A stretch of 64,000 bases of DNA, taken from Amoebophrya sp. A120. Its lineage: Eukaryota; Protista; Dinoflagellata. Below, piece after piece: positions 52,540-64,000 of the stretch. The notes beneath the pieces are model-generated. The model was not told where the DNA came from, searched no databases, and was given only the letters and a program-made list of their open reading frames with translations. A program made the translations under genes and the position numbers. Each line of letters opens with the position of its first letter. Within the stretch, counting starts at the first letter, position 1. The stretch is from positions 5,215,700 through 5,279,699 of the forward strand of contig CAJINV010000003.1 in the NCBI GenBank assembly GCA_905178155.1, read 5' to 3'.

Positions 52540-54039
52540 ATGAGCACCGCAGACTCAATGGCCTACGAAGTGCTAGTGGCGAGTGCGCCATTGCTCCTGT
52601 ACTTCGGACCGGCCCAACTTTTTTGTCAACTTCGGAAACAAGAAGAGAAAAACAAAAGGCAGCGAGAGCAGGAAGCGAACAAAGGCGCAGAAACAACAGG
52701 AGTTTCGGGAAAAAAATGCAGCGGCTTCTTAGGAGATGGAACGGAATTGACTGGTCATTTTTCTGACGACGCGGAAGTAGGACAGATGGGCGGTCGATAT
52801 AATTCTACTGTGGCTCCCGCACCGGGCACTGAAAAGAACGATGTCGACAGCCTCAGCTCGCGTACAACCCCGCACGAAAGTAAAAAGTGCCAGATCAGAG
52901 CCGATTTTCTCAGAAAATTGGATGAAGAGGCAGAGCCGAACTTGAGTGAAGATGCACTTCTGCAGATGAAAAACCACCGCTCGGAAAATGATTTCACGGC
53001 GTCAACAACGGATACGTTGGTCGTTGGACGACCCGGACTGGCGGAGGTTTTTCCGCTCTCACCCACACCATCATCAGGCGAGCTGGTGATTGCAGAGAAC
53101 CTCCTTCATCACGCGGACCAGGCGGAGGACGAGGAGGTGGCACGCCTCCAAGTGGTCACCGTGCTACCTGGAGTTGATCCGGAGAAAGAGAATATCAATT
53201 TTCCGGAGATGGTGGACGAGGTCGATGTTTGTAGTGCACAAAGCGTGTCGGCTCCTTGTACACCTACAGTTGAGCGTCTACCTCGAGAAGCTAGTTGCAG
53301 TACTCGCTACGGAGAGGAACAACAAATCTCGACTGCAGACTCGGAGGAAATTATAACGCGGGCGGACCACAGTTGTGCTGAGGAAAAGCAAAAGTTGGAG
53401 ACGCCGCCGTTGCAGTTTGTTGCGCAGTGTGCGAACGGCTGGACTTGGTTGTGCTTCTCAATCCTGGAGGGTATGCGTGAATTGACGGCGCCTTGCGTGG
53501 TCCAGGTACTGACCGGATTTCTGTGGTTGTTTCTCTACTGTCAGTGCTACCGCGCCGATCTGTATCGCCGACAGTTGCGCTTTTTACTGGTTTCGCTGGG
53601 CTGCTACTTGACGCTGCTGGGGGTTTTCTTTGGTTTCGCACTGGCAGAGTCCCACGGCTACGTACGCGGCACCTTGCTGGAGGCAAAAGAGCCCGAACGG
53701 GTGGCGCATGAACGGACGGAGTTTTCGCGTGCCGTGCAAGCGACCATCGGTTTCTTTGGCACGGTGACATTTGCGACCTTGATGGGGTCGCCGGCGGTCT
53801 ACGCGTACCGTGCCTATTGCGAGCGCAACGCGTTGCTGATGGGGAGCTGGTGCAGTAATGCGGCCGGGGTATTCGTCTGCACGATTTGGGCGAACCACGG
53901 GCTCAGCGAGGGGATTCTCACCATCGCGATCGTCAATATGTTGTCGGTGGCCTTTTCCTTCGTGTGCCTGCTCTTGCGCCTGTGGCTGTACTGCAGTGAG
54001 AAGGGGAGGTCTAGTGCAACGGGAGGAAAGTGCGTATGA
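52540..54039 (+). CDS. SWEET/MtN3-like 7-TM transporter with a large acidic insertion after TM1
   Basis: Single exon. LLLYFGPAQLF (TM1), PPLQF..ANGWTW (TM2), TLMGSP (TM5), IWANHG (TM6), IVNMLS (TM7). Confidence 0.7.
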   Translation: MSTADSMAYEVLVASAPLLLYFGPAQLFCQLRKQEEKNKRQREQEANKGAETTGVSGKKCSGFLGDGTELTGHFSDDAEVGQMGGRYNSTVAPAPGTEKNDVDSLSSRTTPHESKKCQIRADFLRKLDEEAEPNLSEDALLQMKNHRSENDFTASTTDTLVVGRPGLAEVFPLSPTPSSGELVIAENLLHHADQAEDEEVARLQVVTVLPGVDPEKENINFPEMVDEVDVCSAQSVSAPCTPTVERLPREASCSTRYGEEQQISTADSEEIITRADHSCAEEKQKLETPPLQFVAQCANGWTWLCFSILEGMRELTAPCVVQVLTGFLWLFLYCQCYRADLYRRQLRFLLVSLGCYLTLLGVFFGFALAESHGYVRGTLLEAKEPERVAHERTEFSRAVQATIGFFGTVTFATLMGSPAVYAYRAYCERNALLMGSWCSNAAGVFVCTIWANHGLSEGILTIAIVNMLSVAFSFVCLLLRLWLYCSEKGRSSATGGKCV

Positions 54040-54899
54040 CTTTGGTGATAACCTTTCATTGTCGAGAAGCTGGGATGAAGATTCCTGATCTCCTCCGCTG
54101 CGGAGTCCGCTGTCGTCGAGGAAAGAGAGGACAGGAAGCGCACTGCTCTTTGTCATGAGTTTTCTATCGTTTTGTTTCAGGTTTACCTTTTCGTTACTCT
54201 GTTTGAATTCCAGTAAGAACCTAGGCCAAACGTTTTTTTTTCTTGTAGATACATATATAAGTACATCATAAATATGCGCTTCTCTCCTGACAACTCTGAT
54301 TCAGCATACTCACTCCGGCTGCTGCTTTTATTGCTATATGCGCCCCAAACACAATGTCCATGAACAAACCAAGTAGAAGTACATAAAGATCATGAGCGTA
54401 TAGATACGTCGATCCCGAACAACTTGTCTTGCGGCTTTGTCCGAAAACTAGTACCAGCAGTACGACGGAACGCTTGAGTGATTGCAGAACCTTTGCGCGG
54501 CTACGAACGAGAACATCGATTGTCCAAGATTACCTCCGTACGGCCACTCAAATTCGTATCGCATGTTCAACGGTAATATGAGCGCCCTCCGCGTCCGGAA
54601 AGCAAACATCGCAAGGAAAACTGCAAACTCGCTTTGTCTTCAGCATCAAACCGCAAAAAGTCGTGTCCCGTTGTTGCAAAAATCGTGCGTACAGCCGATT
54701 TGAAATCAGGAAACGTGATTACTTCTCTCTTTTTTCTACCTGACGTGCGTGACCGCTCAGCCACAGGTTCGCACGCTGGTGAAACCTACTTAGTAAGTAA
54801 GATATTTTTTAGTGCCTTCAGTACTTCACCTTTCAGAAACTGAAATAAAAGTGAAAGCAAAATAAAGCCCAGTTGTATAGAAAAATAAAACTCAAGAAG

Positions 54900-57800
54900 A
54901 TGGATAGGGACGTTCATTCCGGCAGTTGCGCGATGGATATTGATTCTGTCGGTGACGATGCAGGTGCTCCTCCCAATAGGCGACCGGAGGAACAGGAGAC
55001 GAATAAGCGTCGCAAAATTGATGACTCTGGCTCAGCCGCCGGCGGAGCGAGTAGCGCTAGCTCTGAGCTCCCAGCCACTGTCGATGGTGTGCGTGCTGGT
55101 GTGACAAAGCTGCGACAAGTCTGCGTGTCGCGGCTCGGTCTGGATGATGCGACCAAGAAGAAGATCGACGGCCTCATCGAGGATTTTGCGGAGTTTTCCG
55201 AGTTGGACGCCACAGATTTGGCCTCGCTGGTAAAAAACTTTCAAGATTGGGCTGCGTCGCACCGACCGGGGGCTCGCGAAGAGTTCGTCCGCTTTGGGAA
55301 ACTTTGCGCTCGCGTCGCAAGTGCCACCGGCAACGAATGCTTCACCGAGCTCTACCAGGCGGCGTGTGTGGAGGAGAGTTTGCTGGACCAGTGGGGAAAG
55401 ACCACCACCGCCCGGACCTGCCGGAAGTGGCGTGAGAGGTTCGAGGCACTCTGCGCCGGAGATCCGCACGGAGCACAGTGTGTGCTGCGGGAGATTAGAA
55501 GAAGCATACTCAGCAGCGCCTCACCTGGATCCGAGCTGCAGCAGGTTGGCCGCACGAGTGACGAGACGCTGCTCAGTTCCATCCTAGAAAAACAAAAAGG
55601 AATAAGCGCGACACTGTCTGAGGACCACGTCAATGTGATAGTCGAAGTTGAGAAGAAGCTGACGTACGCAAGCTTTTTTGCCGCTGCACCGTCTGGGCCG
55701 GACGATTTTCGGCGCCACCAGGCAATATTGAAGATTCTGCGAGAGTTGGAAATTGGTATAGAGGCCCGGGAAGCGGAAAAGGTGAATGAGGACTTGATTC
55801 CCGAGTTGAAAAAGCTTCATCCAGGGTTAGCCCGGAAATGGGTCAGTGACGCAGCAAAGAAGCATGCGTGGGTCCAAGCGGGCGAGGATTTTCACGACAG
55901 AGTTGTCAGGCAGCAGAAATTGTGTGCATTGCAAAAGCGATTCTTTTGTTTCGCGGAAGTAACACTTTCCGATTACAATCGCGTCACGCACCGTTACTCT
56001 GCGGAGCAGATGCGGCAGGTATTGATTCATGTATATAAATAAGTCTAAGTACTGAGCAGGTCAGGCTATTCCTGCCGCTCGTCGGAGGAGGGAGTAGTGC
56101 CGAGCCCAGATCGAAATCATCATCGTCATAGCTGAGAACCCTATGTGGGTGGAAGAAAAAGTGACATGCCGATTCGCATTCCTACTGACTTGATATCAAA
56201 ATGAATATAGGTAAATCTAAATTTGTTATGTATGTCGGAGGTGGAAAATGAAAATGTGCATTTAGAAATGCTTTGCTTCGGTCTGTGCCCAAGGAAAGTT
56301 TCTCACTGCTTCAGCGTTTTTTTCGAAACATTCAACAGTGCATCCGCGCCTGGTTAGCGTCGCCGCAGGCTTCATTCAAGACGGAGGTGCTACCTATAAT
56401 TCTCAACATTTTGAAGCGCGGAGAAGCTTGGGACGAGTTTTTGGCCGTCGGCATCGACGAAGTCAAGACTTTGCAGGACGAGGAAGGGCGCGTCGGACTG
56501 TCGGCGTTGTGGACGGCGAAATCGTTATTCTGCATTGTTTGCGAAAATGCGGAGCCCGGTGTTCGTTTTCGATTGCTAAGGGATTTTCGCGATTCTCTTC
56601 CTCTTCTGCATCCGTCATACCATAAGAGTTTTTCCGGATCAGATGATGGCACCAGGAGTGGTACCAGTTTGCTGACTTTTAATGCCGACATAAGCGCACT
56701 GATTCCGAAAGGTGAGTGCAGGGGCGCCGTCATCTCATTTGGCATCGGAGAAAACTCGCCCCCGCTTGGTAAAAGCGGCATTCTCAACACGCTCTTCCGA
56801 TGCAACTTCGAGGAGTCATCCAGAAACTTTGCGACGTATGGAACCTGCGACGTTGACCTCGGTTTCTCTTTCAAACCGCGGAGAGATTTGGTCTTCGGGG
56901 ACGTTACTGGGAGTTTGTCTTTCGAAGATGGGGACGCTGAGCAGGCCGCGGCGCTGCTGTCGTTCTTCCCGTCGTGGCTGGTTCACGTGCAGGCTGGGGA
57001 AGTTGACAAGGTGGAAGCTTTGCTGCAGTCTTTGAAGAGCGGAAAACTTTTTAAGTGTCCGCAGTCAGTGCTGGTTCTTATCCGTGACACAGATTCTTTC
57101 CAGGAGGCTCCTTTGCTGCGGGTCCGTGCCAACGGCGACGAAGGCAATGTCACCGACAATGCGTTCTTGGAAAAGCTGGTGCGCGTTGAAACGGTATTGA
57201 AGGAGGTGCACGGAGTGAAGCACGCCTACTGCGCAGGCATTCGCAATCTTACAAAACTTGCTCCCCGCGAGCGGGAAAATGTTTTGAAATTCGAACTGCA
57301 GCCGTTGCTGCTCTGTGATGTCATGCAGTCCACCGACAACGAACGCGGAACGGGAGAGCCATACGGCATCGGTGACCCACAGGTTTTCCACGATCGCGTG
57401 CAGAAGATCGCGCCCAAGCACCCCTATTTCCGCGCTGACCTTGTCCTTGTGGCCAAGGTGATGAAGACGCTCGAGTCCTTTCGCGATGATTTCTACAACC
57501 CAAAAGCGCTCGCCACGCGTGAGCTGTTAGCTCAGCTTCGGCGCTGTCGGCAAAAACTGGAAAATCCGAGCGCCACCTCGGACGCGATTGAAAAGGCGCG
57601 AGCAGAAGAAAAGCGGTTCCTTGACACCCTCGCTCAAACGAAGATGACGCAGCTGTTGGAGCATTTCCAGAGAGTACTGCAGTCTCCGAGCCGGGTTCTC
57701 CTCATGTCGGTTCTAGCTGAAAGAATTAAGCGCTTCTCCGACGATAACGTTGCGGAAAAAATCGAGGCGCGGAGGCGTACTAATGACGAGCGCACCGCAT

Positions 57801-60800
57801 TGTACGCGGCGGGAGCGCAACCCGGTGACGCAGGGGAGCGGAAGTACGCGGCGCAGATGGACAAGCTTACCAGTAAACTCACAACTGTCACGAATGACAT
57901 CGAGCGTCGACGGATTTCAGTGGAGCTGTTGTGGCGGGAGCTTTTGGTTTTTCATGAGCATGGCATTACCAGGAGTAAGTCTTTGCCAAAGAATCCGGTG
58001 TCCGAGCTTTGCAACTTTTTGCGGGTAGGAGAACCTTTCGAACTCATTGACGGCGACACACTGCAGATTCCGCACCGAACCTTGCAAGAGGCCTTCAAGC
58101 GGGTGGCGAGCATCGGGGCAGGCGATGCGGTGGTTCCCATGAATTCGCGGGAGTCGTTGCAAAGTGCAAAGCTCGCGGGTAAGAGAGTCATGGTGATTTC
58201 CATTCTCGGGCCGCAATCTTCAGGGAAGAGCACGCTGCTCAACTACCTGTTTGGCTGCAAATTTAACACCGCGAAGGGTCGGTGCACGAAAGGCGTCTAC
58301 GGGAGTTTGATCGAGATTACTCACGAGCACTACGACTACCTCCTCATCTTAGATACCGAGGGGCTGCAAAGCCCAGAGAAGCTTGACCACGAGTTCGATC
58401 GGAAAATCACGCTGTTTTGTTTGGCGGTGAGCCATTTTGTGATCATCAACGTCGCGAAGGACATGAATGCGCACATGCGGGACTTGCTGGAGATCTGTTT
58501 GTTTTCGTTGGACCAACTGCAGAAGGCACGCATGGCCATGCCGACGAACTTCATGGTCTTCAACCAGCACTCAGGTGACACCGCCGACAAGTCCGTATTT
58601 ATGGACCAAGTGAAAGGTATTTCCGAAGCTATCATTGCGGCCAAGCCAGAGGCGGTCGACGCAGCGCGCGCGATGCAGTTTCCCAGCGAGCGGATTAAGG
58701 TGCTCCCGCTGGCCACAAATTCTTTCACGGTGCCGAAAGACCCGGCGCGCGGCGTGCACAGTGACTGGAACCAGGAGCGCCCGGCGACCAAGTTTGCAGT
58801 GGAGGTTGCGCAGTTTGGTAAGGAGATTATGGACCTAGCTTTCAAAAGCACGGAGCGAAGAGTTGCCACACCAAACAGCGTCGCGCCTGCCGGCAGAAAG
58901 GTTTTGCACCAGGAAGACCTTGAAAGTTGGATCCGGATGGCCACCGACAACTGGACCACCATCACGGCTTTTCCAGACCTTTACCGCTTTGCGAATGTAA
59001 AGCTATTGAAGGACCACAAAAGGCTCACCAACATCGCTCAGGACAAGGAGCAGCACTTCCTGACCTCGTCGGCCGCCCAGCTGCGGCACGTGAAGGAGAA
59101 GAGGGATGCGCTCGCAGAGTTGGTGGGTAACGAGTCGCAGTTGTTGAATCGCGACTATTTCCAGAACGTCTCTCTGAAGGTGGAAAATCGAATTCGGGGC
59201 ACATATTTTGAGCACGTTTTGGAGAAAATCAAGCGCGACTTCGACGTGGTGTGCCGCGGAGAGCAGTTTGACAAGGACCTGATCGAGCAGTTTCTGAAGC
59301 ACATCCGGATACTTGTGAAAAATCAAGCCGATTCGATCGTCGGCGCTGCGCACTCCGAACTCAAGCAGAAACAGATGAACCAGAGCAAGCTGCGCGGAAA
59401 TGACAAGCTCAATGACCTAGAGCGAGACTTGACGAAATCGGCTCTAACGCAGAAATCCAAGGCGCAACGGACGAAGTTTGTCAACGATAAGTTTGAAGAG
59501 GTGTGGAAGAGTGTGATAGATGAGCTTGAGGGGGATTTGTCACGCGGTGGCGACGTGTCTTCCGCGCAGTGGGAAACGCTAAAATCAAATTACTCGACAT
59601 TGCAGACTTTGCCGAAGTCTCTCGGGGGACAAAAAGAAACAGAGTGGGAGCTTCAAGCAAAGTTGCACAGTGCCGATAAAGCTGCTGCGGGGAAAAGAAG
59701 ACCGGCCAAGTCCGAGTCTGCAATCGGACCGCAGTTGATTGAGCGTCTGCAGCAGAAAGATTTCCATTTCCTCACCCGTGCACAGGGAAGTGCTCTGGAT
59801 GCCGCTGCGAAGAGAGGTTTGCAAGGGATAAACGAGCTCTTAAGCCGGTCCAGCGAAGGAGGCACGCTGTACACCATCAACGTCTTTGATCACTTTGACG
59901 TTTTTCTGGAAACACGCACATGCGTCCTGGATATCGAGAAGCATATCAACTACTTCGAATTGCGAAATCAACTCGAGCATCTCGGCCGCCTCACGGGTAT
60001 GTTTAACAGTCAGGAAACCGAACGTCTTGCTCAGTTCACTGTTATTCGCAACCAATTTTCTTCCCTTGGGCTGTGGATGCAGTCTGAATTCATCACGAGC
60101 ATTGAAAACGTTTTGCGGGAATCAGGTTGGAAGGACTATGTTGGTCTCGAAGGTGAACGGGTCGCAAAAATTGCGGAGATACTGTCCTCCTACTCGTGCT
60201 TCAGTGTGACTGCGCCGGCAAGTTCTACTTCGACTCCGCAAAAGAGCAAGCAGACGGGGAGTCGTAAGACTTTAAGCCGCGTTCCCTTTATTTACCACGC
60301 CCGTGCAGACTCCCCGATCAAGCTGACCGTTCCGGCATGCATGGCGGAAAATTACCGACACAATACCTTTGTGCCGCCCATTTCGGAGATCGAAAGAAAA
60401 ACCCAGCATCTGCTCGCAGTCTCCAATCGGGGCCCAAAAAGAAGTCGCGCCTTCAAAAACCCCGATTACATAACGGAGGACCAGCTAGACGGAAGCCAAT
60501 GCTACTGCTTTCTTGCCAAGCAGGACGACGAGCACAGGCATGTGCTAGACGAGTTGCAGAAAGCGGATTGCCCCGTGCCCGCTGAGGAGATGCACCGTTT
60601 TTTCAAAGCCAACCAGAAGTGCTGGAAACGGTCGCTAACCACTCTAGAACAGCGACTGGATGAAGTTCTTCGTTGTGTCGACAGCACCAGCAGCGGTTGC
60701 AGCAAGCTGGTGAAACGTGTGCACGAAGTGGTGTCGACTTTTCTCAAAAACGACCTTGGGGGGAACTTCGCGCTCTTCGGAGTGGAACTGGACATGGATG

Positions 60801-63530
60801 GAAAGACGATTTTCCACAGTTTCGCGCTCCTGCATGTCCATCGCGTGCTGTCCGGCAAAGTCGTCGAGCGCAGTCGAGCGCCACTGCTCGAGTTTATTGA
60901 CACGAAGGACAAGTGGCGAGCGCATTTGCTGGAGGTGGTGGGAGCGGATCCGGCAGGAAAAACAGTTGCTGCCGCGAAGCGGTTCGTTCAAGAGCTGAGT
61001 GCTCACCTGCGTCAAGCGGAGAGCGAGCGTGCAGCTGAGCTGGCAAGTCCAGAAATGACCGAACTACTTGGAGAAAGCTTTACAGGCGCGGCAATTCAGG
61101 AACGACTCGACCAGACGTTGCTGTTCAACCCGAAAGCCGATCACGATGAAGTGGTACGGTCGTTTCTTGTGTTGCAGGCCTTTAGGAAAACGCTGCAGTT
61201 GTAGGTGCGAAAGTGTATGGTTCATCCGTTCTCGAATGAAGGAAATCCACAGTTATCCATTCGAAAAATTTCAAATTCAGGTTCGGTACGTGATCGACCA
61301 GCCAAATGTGATTGAGGAAGAATTCGAAAAGAAGTGGGAGCAGGAAAAAGCACGTTTGCAGAAAAGGCTCGTTGCTGATTGTGTAACCAATGTAAAGCGG
61401 GCACTGTCGCGAGTTGTCGATCACGTAGCCGGAGTGCTACAGTTTATCAATCAGCGAGAAGAATCGGGAACGGGGTCATCAAGGGATTGCGTGGTTGATC
61501 ATTCAAGTGATACCAGTGGCACTGCGTATTACGAACGCGACAACCAGCAAGTAGCCGCTGCACAGGCACAGTTTTTCCTAGCGACGTGCAAAGGAGGCAC
61601 AAGTGGCATCGCGGGGACACACTGGGGGCACAAAAACGAGGACGGCAAAAAGTTCGAAGTGGCGTTTCTTTCTTCGGTCGATCCGCAATCGAACGGCAGG
61701 AGCGGAAAGATGTCAGTTTCCGAGATCAAGTCCAACGTAATTACGACGTGGGGCTCCATTTCCGATGTGCTGCCGTCGGGTTTCACGATATCCGACATCC
61801 CAAAGTTTGAGCTCTTTTTGCTTGAGGTGAAAAAGATCGTGCACACAGAGTTGGCAAGTGTCGATATTCAGAATGTGGATATCGTTTGGGGATTGGACGA
61901 TCTATTTGATCGCACAAAGCGCAAGGCAATCGGGTGTTGCGAGCAGTGTCCCACATGTGGAAGGAAGTGTGACCAGCCGGTAAGTGACCACTTTGTTGCA
62001 GGTTTTCGTGTGAGGAAACCTAAATTTTAATTTTGAACATTACGCTGCCCTTGGGTACGAGCGAGCGGCTTTTCGCCGAGTACCGCCCAATTAGAAAGTA
62101 AATTTCTGTTTGTTAATTTTCTATTTCAGGTTGATGGCCCCGTGGAGCACAAGCATGCGTGTCGTTTGGGGCATCAGTTGCGCTGTATGGCGGGTGTTAC
62201 GGTGAAGAAGAACCCGAGCTTTCTGACGTGCGACGAAATCCCCGGCGACAGCCAAGTGCAGGACCTCAAAACAGGAGCTTGGCGCACTTGGGAGGAGCAG
62301 CAGAAGAAATACCCCACCTGGGAGTTTAAGTACAGCGAAAACGCTGCCGACGAGCTCCGCAACGTTCGCAAAATGCGCGAGTGCTGGAAGATTCACGGAA
62401 AGCACATCTGTGCGGCCTTTGCGGATTCGGGCATGAAGTACAGCGATGTGAAGCCCCGAGATTTGCACATAGTTTTTGTGGTGGAGGACGAGCCGAAAAG
62501 CTTGCAGCGTCTTTACGAGGAACTCGGTTCTGGCAGCATTCAGGAGCAGTACTGCAGTGTGGTCGTCAGCACTGCGCATTCCCAAAAGTTGATCGTTACA
62601 GAGAGGCGGGTCGCCACTGTACTTGACCGAAAAGCCCAACGCGTGAAGCGAAACCCGGCGGACGAGCAAGAAGCGTTGACCGTTTCGGAGCTCGTGCAAC
62701 GATCTGAGCAGTACTACTTAACTAAGTGATTCTATCGATCCCGCTTAATAATGATAAGATAATGATTTGGAATGTACAGCGACTGCGACAGCGTAGTTAT
62801 GTCATGAATATTGTTCACGTTCAGCAATTCAAGTAAGTACTTACGATGGGTACGTTTACCTTTTCGTGATAGGAGTGGCAATCTTTTTTGGTTTGGTACG
62901 TTGTTTCGCCGCTGCTTTTCCACCGCGAAAAAACCCGAAAAAAAAACCAGCTCCTACTACCGTCAGAAGCTGTGGCTTCTTGGCATCGCATCGTGGCCGC
63001 AAGAGGCTCTGGAAGACTTGTTGCGGAAGGAAAAGACCAAAGTCATCAATTTCAATGAGGGTCAAGTCTACTCCCGTTTTAACGACGCATACGGAAAGTT
63101 TGCTAACCCTTACGGAATCCGGCGGGCGCAGGTGATCGACGGAATCACGGAAAACCCAGCGGAATACATGGCGAAGTCGCTTTGCGATTTCGACGAGCGA
63201 ACCTTGGCGCATCTTCCAGAAGAAATCGGCGCAGCGGGAGGATTAGAGGGACTTCAAAAGCAGCTTACCGAGTTTGGCCCGGACGTCATGAAAAGGATAA
63301 AACGAATCGAGAGGATCAATGAAATCAAGGGCACGCTAGATGAGAAGAAAGCTCGAAAAATACTCGAATTGGATGCGAGCGAGGCGCTTACAAAGGCCAG
63401 CCTCAAAGCCGCGCTTAAGAAAGTCCAAGTGGACATTCATCCGGACCGCGTGCCTTCGAGGTTGCGACCTGCCGCGAATAAAGCGTTTCAGACTGCGACG
63501 GCAGCGAAGGATTACTTGGATCCGAACTAA
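54900..63530 (+). CDS. Very large GTPase (GVIN1/VLIG/URGCP-like) with C-terminal DnaJ-like domain
   Basis: G1 GPQSSGKS (58208-58231), G2 GRCTKG, G3 LDTEG, FDRKITLF. Degenerate upstream P-loop (..LGKSGILNTLF). Cys/His cluster GCCEQCPTCGRKC..H.C..GHQ. HPD at 63438-63446. Introns 61154-61280 and 61980-62129 are GT-AG; first and last junctions unresolved. Confidence 0.85.
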
Positions 63531-64000
63531 ATTTCGCGCAACGGCACGGGTGCTACGATACAAGCTAGAGCTGACTGTGATTTGTGATTGTGAGAAGCGG
63601 AAAAAGTTTTTACATACTCTTATGCAAACGAAGTTTATGCAAACGAAGTTGTGCCATACCCATTCTTAACGCGCGCTCTTGAGAAGTACCTATTCCAAAG
63701 CTGCTGCCTTTACAGCGCAATCTGACACTGAATTTTTTTGAACTTGCTTGCAAAATGGTGGTTGTAGTGCTATCGTACATTTCTTGCTGACTGAGCTTAA
63801 TTACTTACTTTTTTCTGGTGCAGTGTAGTTGGTCCCGATGGTGAGCATAAATATCCATCAATTCAGATGAGAGGAGGTCTCGTGAAACCTGATGACACAG
63901 TGATAACGTTGTCTCCACAAATTTACTTGGAAAGAAGTAAAAGTTTCGGTGGAAGGAGACAAAACGACAGGTCCTGGAAACATCGACGTGCACTAACCAC

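Overview
Gene-dense, intron-rich eukaryotic DNA of alveolate/dinoflagellate type. The alpha-tubulin features, a DinoSL fragment, all-plus-strand genes and many non-canonical introns suggest a syndinian parasite such as Amoebophrya (inference). About 14 protein genes lie on the + strand. They include a TFIIIC-delta-like protein, a nocturnin/CCR4-type EEP phosphatase, alpha-tubulin, a GAS2/GAR coiled-coil protein, a RING+EF-hand protein, a triple CDC48-Nc + RING-H2 ligase, a secreted coiled-coil protein, a SWEET-like transporter and a giant GVIN/VLIG GTPase with a C-terminal J domain. The main hidden structure is a set of 13 MITE-like introner elements (128-329 bp) inserted in coding exons. They belong to several families, all start TAT and end ATA, and all have TIRs and 5-bp target-site duplications. 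Removing element plus one TSD restores the reading frame every time, yet no such junction is GT-AG. One introner carries a nested 3.06-kb insertion with a 16-bp TSD that begins with the 3' end of the dinoflagellate spliced leader. The same gene has a 1.5-kb insertion flanked by a 43-bp exon duplication that can be removed as a GT-AG intron. A 30-aa Met/Lys-rich micro-ORF, absent from the ORF track, lies upstream of tubulin. Gene models and family assignments were made by eye, without searches or transcript data.
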